Part shown: one piece after another, positions 14,182 through 26,341 of the stretch
Layout of the letters: the number at the start of each line of letters is the position of its first letter
Position numbering within the stretch: position 1 is the first letter of the stretch
DNA from: Octopus bimaculoides
Lineage: Eukaryota
Assembly: GCF_001194135.2 (NCBI RefSeq)
Contig: NC_068982.1
Span: 98,884,345-98,948,344, forward strand
DNA length: 64,000 bases
Reading direction: 5' to 3'
Notes under the pieces: generated by a model
Databases searched by the model: none
Seen by the model: the letters and a program-made list of their open reading frames with translations, nothing else
What the model was told of the DNA's origin: nothing
Program-made: the position numbers and the translations under genes

Positions 14182-17100
14182 AAATGTGAGAGTTTCCTTA
14201 TCTTGACATCATGTGCTAACTCTAAACAAACTATTTCTATAGTAGTTTTGTTTGTATGCAATCTTCCATGAAAACATGTTGTGCTGCTAGTGTTCAAAAG
14301 ACTAGGGAAAATATCTTACTCAGAAACAGGCAAGGGTTGGTAACCAGAATAGAATCAGGCAGTAGAAAATTTTCTTCAATGAATTTTACCTGATCTATTT
14401 ATATTATAATATATCATCATCATCATCATCATCATCATGGTTTAACGTCCGCTTTCCATGCTAGCATGGGTTGGACGATTTGACTGAGGACTGGCAAGCC
14501 AGAAGGCTGCACCAGGCTCAAATCTGATCTGGCAGAGTTTCTACAGCTGGATGCTCTTCCTAACGCCAACCACTCCGAGAGTGTAGTGGGTGCTTTTACG
14601 TGCCACCGGCACGAGGGCCAGTCACACGGTACTGGCAATGGCCACACTCAAAAGGTGTTTTTTATGTGCTACCTGCATGGGAGCCAGTCCAGCGGCACTG
14701 AAACTATGATGATAATGATAACAGATATACAACAATATTATAAAATGCTGAATCATATTACTAAGTTCTTTTGTTTGCTGCACTACAGAATATATTTGCA
14801 AATTTTAGCTATAACTCTATGTAATAGACAGAGATAAACATGTCTTTATATTCAGTATCATTGTGAAGATAAAAAAGAGGTATTAACTGGACCAGTTTCA
14901 GTTCTATGTTGGGATTTCATCAGTAGCTGAATATGAGCATTCTTCTTTAACTGTCAACAGAGATTCTCCTTTTAACATACTATTGCTAAGGGCTTCAGTA
15001 TATTGGATGGCACTAGCACTACCACCACAACCATCGCCATCACCACAACCATTACTATCATTATCAACACAACCAACACCACCACTCCATCACTACCATC
15101 ATTGTCACCATCGCCATCATCATATCCACAACCGCAACCACAAGACAGCCGCCGCCTTCTTTTCCTCCTTCTCTTTCTTTTGGTTATAGTATCTAAAATT
15201 TCACCTGAGAATTTTTCAATTTCCAGATGGAAGCTGAAGGGGTTGAAATTGTGGCCAATGTGAAGAAATTACTCACAGAAGAAACTGCCAGAGAGTTCTA
15301 TCAACATTTGTCAGAAGAGGTGAGAGGAATATCTGTTTTTATGTCTTCTTCAAACAAGAAAAAATTAAATCTTCCAGAACAAAAGAAAACATTCTTGATA
15401 TAAAAAAAAAACAAAGAAATACACAACAAAAAAATGTGCATAAAGAGAAAAAAAGATACAAAATTGATTAATGATGCTACCAAAAAGGTAAGTTTGATGT
15501 AATGGAAATACTAAATGACTACGTTAATCCACCTATGTTACCTATGATTTACCATTAATCCACTGGTAGCTACCTGTGATTTGTCATTAATTCACTTTTG
15601 ATAACTCATGATTTGTTATTTATCCATCTATAGCTACCTGTTATTTATTATTAATGCACCAGTTGTCTCTGTAATTTGTCATTAATCCACTTGTAGCTAC
15701 CTGTGATATTTGTCATTAATCCACCTATGGCTACCTCTGATTAATCATTAATCCACCTATAGCTACCTCTGATCTATCATTAATCCATCTGTAGCAACCC
15801 ATGATTTATTGTAAATTTGTCTGTAGCTACCTATGATTTATCATAAATCTGTCTTAGCTACCTCTTGTTTGTCATTAATCCATGCGTAGCAATGTATGAT
15901 TTATCCACTTTTACTTGTCTAATATTTTAGATCTACTAGCTAACTTCCAAATACACATGTCATAATGGTGTGTAGGAAGTGTTGTAATCTCAGTTGCTTA
16001 TACACCATAGAAACCAGATTAATCTCTGGTCTTATGAATCTCAGAGCTCACAATTTAGACTTGAGTCTAAATAATATATCTGTTAATGTGTTTTACATTG
16101 AAGCCAGTAGAGTAAAGTGTTAGACTAACTGCCTTAAAGTATTCAATCTTAACCCTACATTCAAAGTTCAAATCATTCTGGTACTGACATCATCATCCAT
16201 CCTTCTGACAAGTCAATAAAATATGTAATGTTAATAAGTTATTTAGTTGTTTATGCTCATTCCCCAGCACATTTCTGTCAAAGAAATCACTAATATTGAT
16301 GTGAAATATTGGCACAAGGCCAACAATTTCGGGGGAGGGGTAAGTCAATTGCATTGACTCCAGTGCTCAACTGGTACTTATTTTATCAACCCCCAAAAAG
16401 ATGACAGACTAAGTTGACCTCAGCAGAATTTGAACTTAGAACATGAAGATGGCCGAAATGCCACTAAACATTTTGTCCAATGTGCTAATGATTGTGTGCC
16501 AGCTTACCACCTTAAAGAAATTATTAATATCACTGGGAACAAAAAGGTGGCAAACTGGCAGAATCATTACCACGTTGGGCAAAATGCTTCGCAGCATTTT
16601 GTCCATTTTTATGTTCTGAGTTCAAATTCCACCAAGGGTGACTTTGCCTTTCATCCTTTCAGGGTCAGTAAAATAAGTACCAGTCAAGCACTGGGGGTTG
16701 GTGTGATCAACTTAGCCTCTCTCCCAAATTTACAGGCCTTGTGCCAAAATTTGAGCCAATACACCTTATGATTTGTGTTCTTACTGTGTAAGAGGTTGAA
16801 TATGGGCAAAACCAGAGGGATGCTGGGCAAAATACCTTGTGGTATTTAGTTAAATCCTTTTATAGTCTAACTTCAAACTCTACCATGGTTAACTTCTCCT
16901 TTCATACTTCTGAAGGAGTTAGAGAAATAAATCTATTGCCCTCTTTTTTCCCAACCCTGTCATTAATCCTTTCTTTCTTCCCTCTTTCTTATCATCCCTC
17001 ATCCCTCTACCAAGGATCATCATCCACTCTTCTTTTGTGTTTTACTTTATTTACAGAGGCCACTTTAGGGCCCTAACCTTATAAGTTACAAGGCAATCAT

Positions 17101-20100
17101 CACTTGTGCTGGTGCTATATAAAAAGCACTCGACACACTCTCTAAAGTGGTTGGCACTTCAGAGGGCATCCAGCTATAGAAACCATACAAAAGTTGTAGG
17201 TGGTGCATGACACAGTCTTCCAAATCATTAGACCCTATCAAATGGAAGCTAGACATTAAATGATGGTGCTGATGATGACAATGACAATGGCGATGACAAT
17301 GGTGATGATGTCGACTACGATGACGATGACAACGATGATGATGCACTACAAATCAATTGAATTGTCCATAGCTGTTCTTATCAACTCATAGTCTTGTCTT
17401 GTTCCTTTGAGTCCAACGCATTACCCATTTTAACATCTTCACCTGGTCTTCAGGCTGCCTCTACTAGAGTACCTGTAGTAGTGTTTCCTTCTGTTGAAAG
17501 TTTCCCTCTCTACCCATACCTTTTTTCTGCACACATTGACCTCTAAGGCAATGTTTAGGAATGGCAATCGTCCACTTCAGCCTTCCCAGTCTAGGAGGGC
17601 ATCTAACACAGGTGATTGGCATAAGCGTTATGGGTCCCTTAGGCTTTAAAAAAAAATGACTTCCCAGGCCACTCTTTCGTTCAGTGGAACTTGCTGTAAA
17701 TATTATCTTCCCTTTATTTGCAGCCATTTTATGAAGACTACATCCAGTTCATGACTAGTGGCCCCTGTCATGTATTAGTACTAAAGAAGAAAAATAATGA
17801 AAAAGGAATTGTCTATGAATGGAAAGAAAAACTGGGACCCGTTACTGTTGAGGAAGCTAAAGAGTCCGCTCCCAATAGGTCAAATATCAGTTTCATAATT
17901 TTCTTTTAAACTGTTAAATATTTTCCTCACATTTATATATTTACTGATATATATATACAGTAGAACCTTGCAGTACGAGTGCACCATTGTACAAGTAATT
18001 TACTGTATCAGCCGAGGCTTGTGTGAATTTTTGTCTTGAAGTACAAGTAGAAATCCATAGTATCAGCGAGTTTCATACAAGCAACCGCTAGTCAGCATGG
18101 AGCTCGCACATATGCTCTCCCAACAAGTGCAGCCTCTGCTCACTCAGTCCAAGCATTTATGTATATATATATATATGTATATATATATCTATATATATGT
18201 ATATATATATGTATATATATGTGTATATATATANNNNNNNNNNNNNNNNNNNNNNNNNNNNNNNNNNNNNNNNNNNNNNNNNNNNNNNNNNNNNNNNNNN
18301 NNNNNNNNNNNNNNNNNNNNNNNNNNNNNNNNNNNNNNNNNNNNNNNNNNNNNNNNNNNNNNNNNNNNNNNNNNNNNNNNNNNNNNNNNNNNNNNNNNNN
18401 NNNNNNNNNNNNNNNNNNNNNNNNNNNNNNNNNNNNNNNNNNNNNNNNNNNNNNNNNNNNNNNNNNNNNNNNNNNNNNNNNNNNNNNNNNNNNNNNNNNN
18501 NNNNNNNNNNNNNNNNNNNNNNNNNNNNNNNNNNNNNNNNNNNNNNNNNNNNNNNNNNNNNNNNNNNNNNNNNNNNNNNNNAACGTGGACAATTGATAGC
18601 GCATCAATTGTCCACGTTAGTGGTCAACGTTATTTTTTAAAATATATATATATATATATATATATACTCTGTAATCATCAGCATCATTTAACATCCACTG
18701 TCCATGGCCAGCATGGACAGTAAATGTTAAATGAGGATGATTTATTCATTCATTCACCTACTTATTTGTTTGATTGTTTATTTTATTTTGTATTTCATTT
18801 GCAAGATTCTGGATGTGAACTCATGTGTTGAAAATATTTTATTGTATATTGGAAGGGTCATTGTGCCAATAATAATGCACACATACACACACACTTGTTC
18901 TATTTCACTTTCTAAAAAAAAAATATTATTAGTCAGTTGGTTAACCATGTAATCAATTGATTAATTTATTGTTTGATTAATCATGCAGTCAATCAATCAA
19001 TCAAAATCAGCCAGATTTGTCAAAGCCCTTTTGCTGTCATTTGCAACCTCATCAACGACATGCCCAGACAAGCATGTATGCTTACACATACGCATATGTA
19101 CACACATTCCTTTGCAGGCAATTACTCAGATATGCACAGATGCTCCAGATATTCACGTATTCCACAGATATGCATACACTGAGAATAAACTGTTGTTCAA
19201 AACTATAAAGCCAGAACACTGTCCATTTTTTTTTTCTGGCAAAATATACTACTCAAATTCATAAAACTTGCCTCTATATAGGAAATGGAATAGAAGAAGG
19301 CATTGCAACATTCAAATTTATTGAAACCCAAAAATAAAATAGATAATGATTCAAAATAACATACAGAGCCCCTGTTCAAAACTATAATGCCAGGTTGAAT
19401 AATGTTGCAAAAAAATGATGCAAATTGAGGAAATTATGATATATTTCAATGATATTCTCATGCAATACATCAACAATACTGTGTTTGACCACCACCTCAT
19501 GCTTCCAATCAACTTCTGCAGTAGATCAAGTGGAAGCTCTTTCCAGGCCTTCTTTATTGCTATTTTGAGTTCATCATCATCATCATCATCGTTTAACGTC
19601 CGCTTTCCATGAACCAGATGGCTACACCAGGCTCCACTCTGATTTGGCAGAGCTTCTACAGCTGGATGCCCTTCCTAACGCCAACCACTCTGAGAGTGTA
19701 GTGGGTGCTGTTACGTGCCACTGGCACGAAGGCCAGTCAGGCAGTACTGGCAACGGCCACGCTCAAAATGGTGTATTTTACGTGCCACCTGCACAAGAGC
19801 CAGTCCAGCGGCACTGGCAACGATCTCGCTCGAAAGTCTTTACACGTGCCAGAAAGGCAACACTGGGCACAAGTGCCATGACGATTTCGCTTTCGCTTGC
19901 CCCAACAGGTTTTCGCAAGCCGAGTTTCGTGTCTAATGAAGGAGACAACGTTGACATGGGTGCCAGTCGTCGAACAGATGAATACTGCTTGCCTTCGCTG
20001 TACACAATATTTGTGAAATATTCGCTGCCATTCTCTATAGGATTAAGGTCAGGACTTCTTGCTGGCCATGGCATAACTTCAATCACAATTGCATGCAAGA

Positions 20101-23100
20101 AATCCAAAGTTGCCTTTGCTTTATGAATAGGAACGTTGTCCTGTTGAAATATGAAGTTCTTGCTACAAAGCCTTCTTCCATCTTCATCAATGTCACTCCT
20201 GTCCAACATATTGATGTATCACATGGCATTGAAATGACCATCCATAATGACAGGTGGCAGCTTCCCATTGGCAGACATTGTTCCCCACACCATAAGATAT
20301 CCTCTGCTGTTCTGCCACTTGAAATAAGTTTAATTTTGTATGCATTTATCGGCCCAGTAATACTTATAGCCATTTTGGCCATCCAAATTCCATTTTCTCT
20401 CATCAGAGAACAAAACCCTGACCTATTCATCACCCCACATCTGATGCTGCCAAGCAAACTCCAATCTAACGGCTTTGTGGGAAGGGGACAATAACAGACG
20501 TCCTAGCCACCTCTTCAGGTGGCAGTCATGGTTCAAAATCACTCTTCTTATGGTGGATGTTGAGGCTCCTACTCCTGCTGATGCCTTGATTTTGGAAACA
20601 GAAGAACAGTGTGACTTCTTCATAGCTGTGACAATGGCCCTTTCATCCCTTTCTGATGAAGCCTATAGACGTCCACCAACATGAATACTGTTGTAGCTAT
20701 CAACATCTTTCAGAAAATTGTCCACTGGTGTTTTGCTTTACTGAATCTTTTCGGCAATCTTCCAGTTACTCATTCCTTCCACTTTCAGTGCAAGAATCTT
20801 CCTTTGCTCAATTTTGGAAAGCTTTGTAGTTTTAGGCATACTGGAAATTTAATCTGGATCACAGTGAATACAGTTGAGTCAAATATTTTTTGAAACATTC
20901 TGGAAGGAATTGAAAATGTATTAGTGGCTTTATAGTTTTGAAGTGTTGGTTTGCTAGGAAAAATGGGAAAATCAGGTTTTGTAATGTGATAATAAAGGTA
21001 CAAGGTTTGTTTACATTTCAAAGTATTCATGAAATACCTATTTACAATGTATTATGCCCATTAGTCCACTTAAATATGGAGTTAAATTTCTAAATAACTT
21101 TAGAAAAACTGTGGCTTTATAATTTTGAATAGGAATTTGCATACACAGGTCTCAGAAACATACAGATGATACATACACATGCCTCAGACAGATCTGCTTA
21201 TATATTCCAGGTAGAAGTATTTTATATGTCTCAAATGCACACATACTTAATATCTAGACACAGCTGCTTTCTTAAACACAAACTATATACACAGACATAA
21301 ATGCACACAAGATATGCAGACAATTGAAAGTGAATCTTTACTGTAAACCTTATCTCCTTTTTTTGATTACAGTTTGCGTGCCAAATTTGGATCTAGGGGG
21401 TTCATGAATGCTTTGCATGGGAGTGATAGTCAATCATCAGCTATGAGGTAAATATCTTTGCATTATAATACATTTCAGTACACTTTTTAGTCAGAGTTTG
21501 CTTAGATTAACTATTCAGTAAATTGCTGCTGGTGGTGTTGATGAGGAATGTGGAGGTGATATGTTGTTATTGGAGGCGCAATGGCCCAGTGGTTAGGGCA
21601 GCGGACTCGCGGTCGTAGGATCGCGGTTTTGATTCCCAGACCAGGCGTTGTGAGTGTTTATTGAGCAAAAACATCTAAAGCTCCACGAGGCTCCAGCAGG
21701 GGATGGTGGCGAACCCTGCTGTACTCTTTCACCACAACTTTCTCTCACTCTTACTTCCTGTTTCTGTTGTGCCTGTAATTCAAAGGGTCAGCCTTGTCAC
21801 ACTGTGTCACGCTGAACATCCCCGAGAACTACGTTAAGGTAACACGTGTCTGTGGAGTGCTCAGCCACTTGCATGTTAATTTCACGAGCAGGCTGTTCCG
21901 TTGATCGGATCAACTGGAACCCTCAACATCGTAAGCGACGGAGTGCCAACAACAACTTGTTATTGTTGTGGTTGCTTACCCACCAATGTTAGCCCCTATT
22001 AACAGGCCTTTCATCAAAGCATTCCAGCTTTATCCATATCTTTACTATTAAATGTCATTTTAAACAAAAATTTTGTTAATTTTTCTTGATTATTTCAGAG
22101 AACTTGGGTTTTTCTTTCCTCAGTTAAGTAGCAAATTATCTCACAGAAAATCCAAGACCATTGAAAGAACACTTGCTATTATTCGTCCTGATGCTTATAT
22201 ATTATACAAAGGTATTGTTATCAGCTCCTGTCTTGCCACAATGTGCTAACATGTCAACATTTCCAACATTTTACCTAATTGAGAATTAACCCTTTTATAG
22301 GTGCAGGTGTAGATGTGTGGTATGAAGCTTGCTTCCCAACCACATGGTTCTGGGTTCAGTTCTTCTGCATGGCATCTTGGACAAGTGTCTTCTACTATAG
22401 CCTCAGGCTGACCAAAGCCTTGTGAGTGGATTTGCTAGAGGGACATTGAAAAAAGCCCATATGTATATACATATGTATGTGTGTCTTTGTGTCTGTGTTT
22501 GTCTCCCCCATCACTGATAGACAACTGGTGTTGGTGTGCTTACATCCCTGTAACTTAGTGGTTTGGCAAAAGAGATCGATAGAATAATTACCAGACTTTG
22601 ACAAAATTTTAGTCAATTCATTCGACTAAATTTCTTCGAGGCAGTGCCCCAGCATGGCCTAAGTCTAATGATTGAAACAAGTGAAAAAGAAACATGCAAG
22701 GCCTAGCTTTGTAGTTAAGAAGCTTGCTTTGCTACCACATGGTTTCAGATCCTCTGTATGACACCTTGGGCAAGTGTCTTCAACTATATTCCCAGGCCGA
22801 CCAATGCCCTGTAAGTGAATTTGGTAGATGGAAACTGTGGAAGCCCATCATGTATATATGATTATAATGTAAAATAATACATGTTTACTATGGACTTCTG
22901 GTAACACGTGTGCAATGATATTCAGTAACCAAGTGGAGTTAGCTGCAGCATGCCTTCATATATGTGCCCTGATGACTTTCTTTCTTCATGACTTTCTGAA
23001 AAATAAAATATCTTTTAATGAAATTTTCTATAAATACGCTTCAGATTGTGTACATTCCAATTATATTTGAATTTGTTGTGAAATAAATTTTTCAAACAAA

Positions 23101-26100
23101 TTTCAACATAATCATAATCTACACATTCTGAAAGTTATTAGTTGAAATTTTCATTTAAAAATATTCATTTTCCCAAAAGTTCTAGGAAACAAAGCCGACA
23201 GGTATGAATTTGCAGAAAATCCTCTCCCCTCTTTAGTCTGTCTTTTCTGTTTCTCTTCAGTTGGATCTCTGCTTTTTTTTAGTTTTGTCTTAGTATTAAA
23301 TGTTGCTGCACTGTGTCGTATGTTTCCCTAAAGGAGGGCCTTTCTTTCTTGGGTCTTGTTGGTTTTGAACTGTCATCAATATTTTTGGACCTTTGCTTTT
23401 ACGTTGGCTCTAAACAAGCCTATTTTGGCTAAATTCTAGTTTTTGAATCCCATACAACCCCTTATAACTTTTTTCTGTTTTTTAGAATCTTCAGAAAACT
23501 TTTACGAATACATGTTCTACACACAGGAATTCATACAACTATGCAAAAATCAAGAAGAAAAAATTTTTTCGTGTGTAACCTAAGGGCCATTTAGCTGTTA
23601 TTTTTAGTATATTTCACAGCCATCTAATACCTTCCTCGTTTCTTTGTCACTCTGACATATTGAGGTTTTTCAATATTTTTCTCTCCATAAACATATTTAA
23701 TGGTTCTTGCTGGGATTTATGCAAAAAATTTGCAATGTCTGTATGTTAAATTCTGATTTAAAAAAAAAAATTTGAAAAATAAAAAAAGAAATATTTGAAT
23801 ATATGAATTCCCATGTGTAGAATACAAATTTGCAAAACTTTTCTGAAAATTTAAAAAAATAAAAAAGTTATGAAAGGTTATATAGGGTGCTTAAACCAGA
23901 ATTCTACCCCTATTTTTACCTCTGTGAAGAGGTGGTCCATATAAGTTTGATTAGTCTGGCCTCCATCCTTTGACCTGTCCAATATGATAGGTTCTACTAG
24001 GAGCTACTGGCATAGCTCTCAGAGTTGATGAAACACGCAAGCTATCACAAAGCAAAAAGGCCTGAACCTCCTCATGGTAGAATATAATATTTGATACTCT
24101 TAAAAAGATGGAATAGTCATGGATAAAATACTTTTGGTAAGAAGTCTTTTAAATCAGGGCCACCTGAAATGAAACAACAACTGACATTCCAGGTTGCAGA
24201 AAGCAGTCTGCTTAAAAAGAACTTCATTTTATAAGTGTTTGGGTATCAGTGATATCCAGCATGTTCAACAGTGATGATGAGTGTGTTAGAATCATCATGT
24301 GACTTGTTTAAACCCAGATCTGCTTGCTTCAGCACACCTAAAATCAAAGGTGTTCCAGGTGTGACCAGCTCTGTTTTTTAATTAGATGTAGTATAAGTTG
24401 GATGAATTTCTCTAGTGTATTATTCCTGTTTTTGTAAAACATTAAAGAGTTTGATTTGAAGGAAATTGAGTGGCTTTTTGATTAGTTTGAATGACTATAT
24501 CCCTTCCAAAAGCAACATAGAAAGAAGACAACAGTAATGATGGTATCCACACTATGACTAATTCAACCCTCTATGTAGAACTTCCCTAATTGTCTAGGTT
24601 TATATCTCTCATTGTTTGTTAGGGACATTTTCTATGAAAACGTCATCTACCTAATTCGACTAGATTTGTCAGTTGTTGAAATAATATTTGGTGACAAATA
24701 TTTCACTGTTTTCCCAATGTATTTTGTCTCATCACTTTGTCTTATTAAGATGAGATCATTGCAAAAATCATGGAAGCTGGCTTTAAAATTGCTTTTCAAA
24801 AAGAAATTGCACTGTGCAGAAGTGACATCGAAGAATTTTACAGCCATGTTGTGGAGGAAGACTATTTTGAAGACTTGGTTGAAGAAATGACAAGGTAAAA
24901 CAACCTCAAATTTTTTATCAGTTTATTTCCTATGCATCAGTTTTGTTCACTCATGTTTCTGAAAATGTGGTATGTTTGTATAAGAATTTCTGGAGCATAT
25001 AAATTTGAAGCAGGATAAGTAATTGCCTATAATGAATGTATAAACTATAAAATAGGAGTGGCATCTACTAAGAAGTAAAGGGTAAAAGACTCCTTTCACT
25101 CATGAATGACCATGAAATTGCACCTAGAAAGTTCCCCTCTGAATCACCCATGCATACCAGCCTCCCCACTCCACACCCTTGATGTTATCCAAGGGAAAGG
25201 CAAGGGCTGATATGGCTTGACACCAGTGATATCACAACTCATTTCTACTGGAGCAACATGAAATAGAATGTCTTACTCAAGAATACAACACACAGCCCAG
25301 TCCAAGAATTGAACTCACTACCTTATGATTGTGAGCCTGATGCTTTAACCACTGAGCCATGCACCAGATAAATATTGCATTTAAATCTGATGGTTTTTCA
25401 TTGAGTTTGACTAATATTCTTTGTTCTATATTTTTGGGTTCTCCTAGCTGTGAGAAGGGCCTGTAAGAGAGGAGTTGAGCTGGAGAGGGCCTGTAAGAGA
25501 GGAGTTGAGCTGGAGAGGGCCTGGAGTGTAATTATCAGTCAGGTCCCAACTTGAAAGCAAAAAAAAAATAATAAGTTAAGCAAAGTAAAGGAATTCAGCA
25601 TAAGTATATTGTTATGGACAAATTCACTTTGTTGTTTAGCTCTAGGTCAGTCCGTATTAAACAAATCTATGACCACAGGTGTTCTAACTTGATTCATAGA
25701 CATACTGAATCAAGGACCATGTTATGCAATGTGTCCTGTCCCTTTTAAGACAGTAGGGTGTTATTTGAGGGAATACTTGGCTACTATTTCTTGCACATCA
25801 AGTGATCATGCAGTGTTCTATTGTTTTCTCATACGAACATATGATCAGTTTGTTATCTAGAAGTGTATACTGATGATCTTGGTATGCAGAAAATTATTGC
25901 AGACAACATTACTGGTATAGCATCTTAGTATATAGTTATATTCTAACAAACAATACCATTTGTGACTTAGGTTGAGGTTGTTAACTCTTTGACATAGTAA
26001 ATATTATTTGTTGTGAAATAAATGCAAATTAATTTTCTGTCTATTTACATTTCAGTGGCCCAATTTTAGCCCTTGGACTAGCCAGAGAAGATGCAGTTGC

Positions 26101-26297
26101 AAAATGGAAAGAGATTCTTGGCCCTCCAGATAAACATGATGCTTTTGAAACAGCTCCTAATAGGTAAGTTCAGATATCTGGTGGTTTATTGTGGAATGAG
26201 ATGATTTGGTGAAGCTGCTTCAGTGTAAACAATTTGACATAGTTGACTGAACATTGAGTCTGTTTTGGCAAGTGTATTTTGGGTGCTAGAGGCAAAT

Positions 26298-26341
<44 letters not shown>

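Noticed and set aside
18097-18723. Long ORFs in the supplied track
   Set aside because: They are made of (TA)n and a 348-N gap; not real coding sequence
21572-21650. tRNA gene
   Set aside because: The tRNA-like head continues into a conserved body and (AAC)n tail, with a TSD and multiple copies: a SINE
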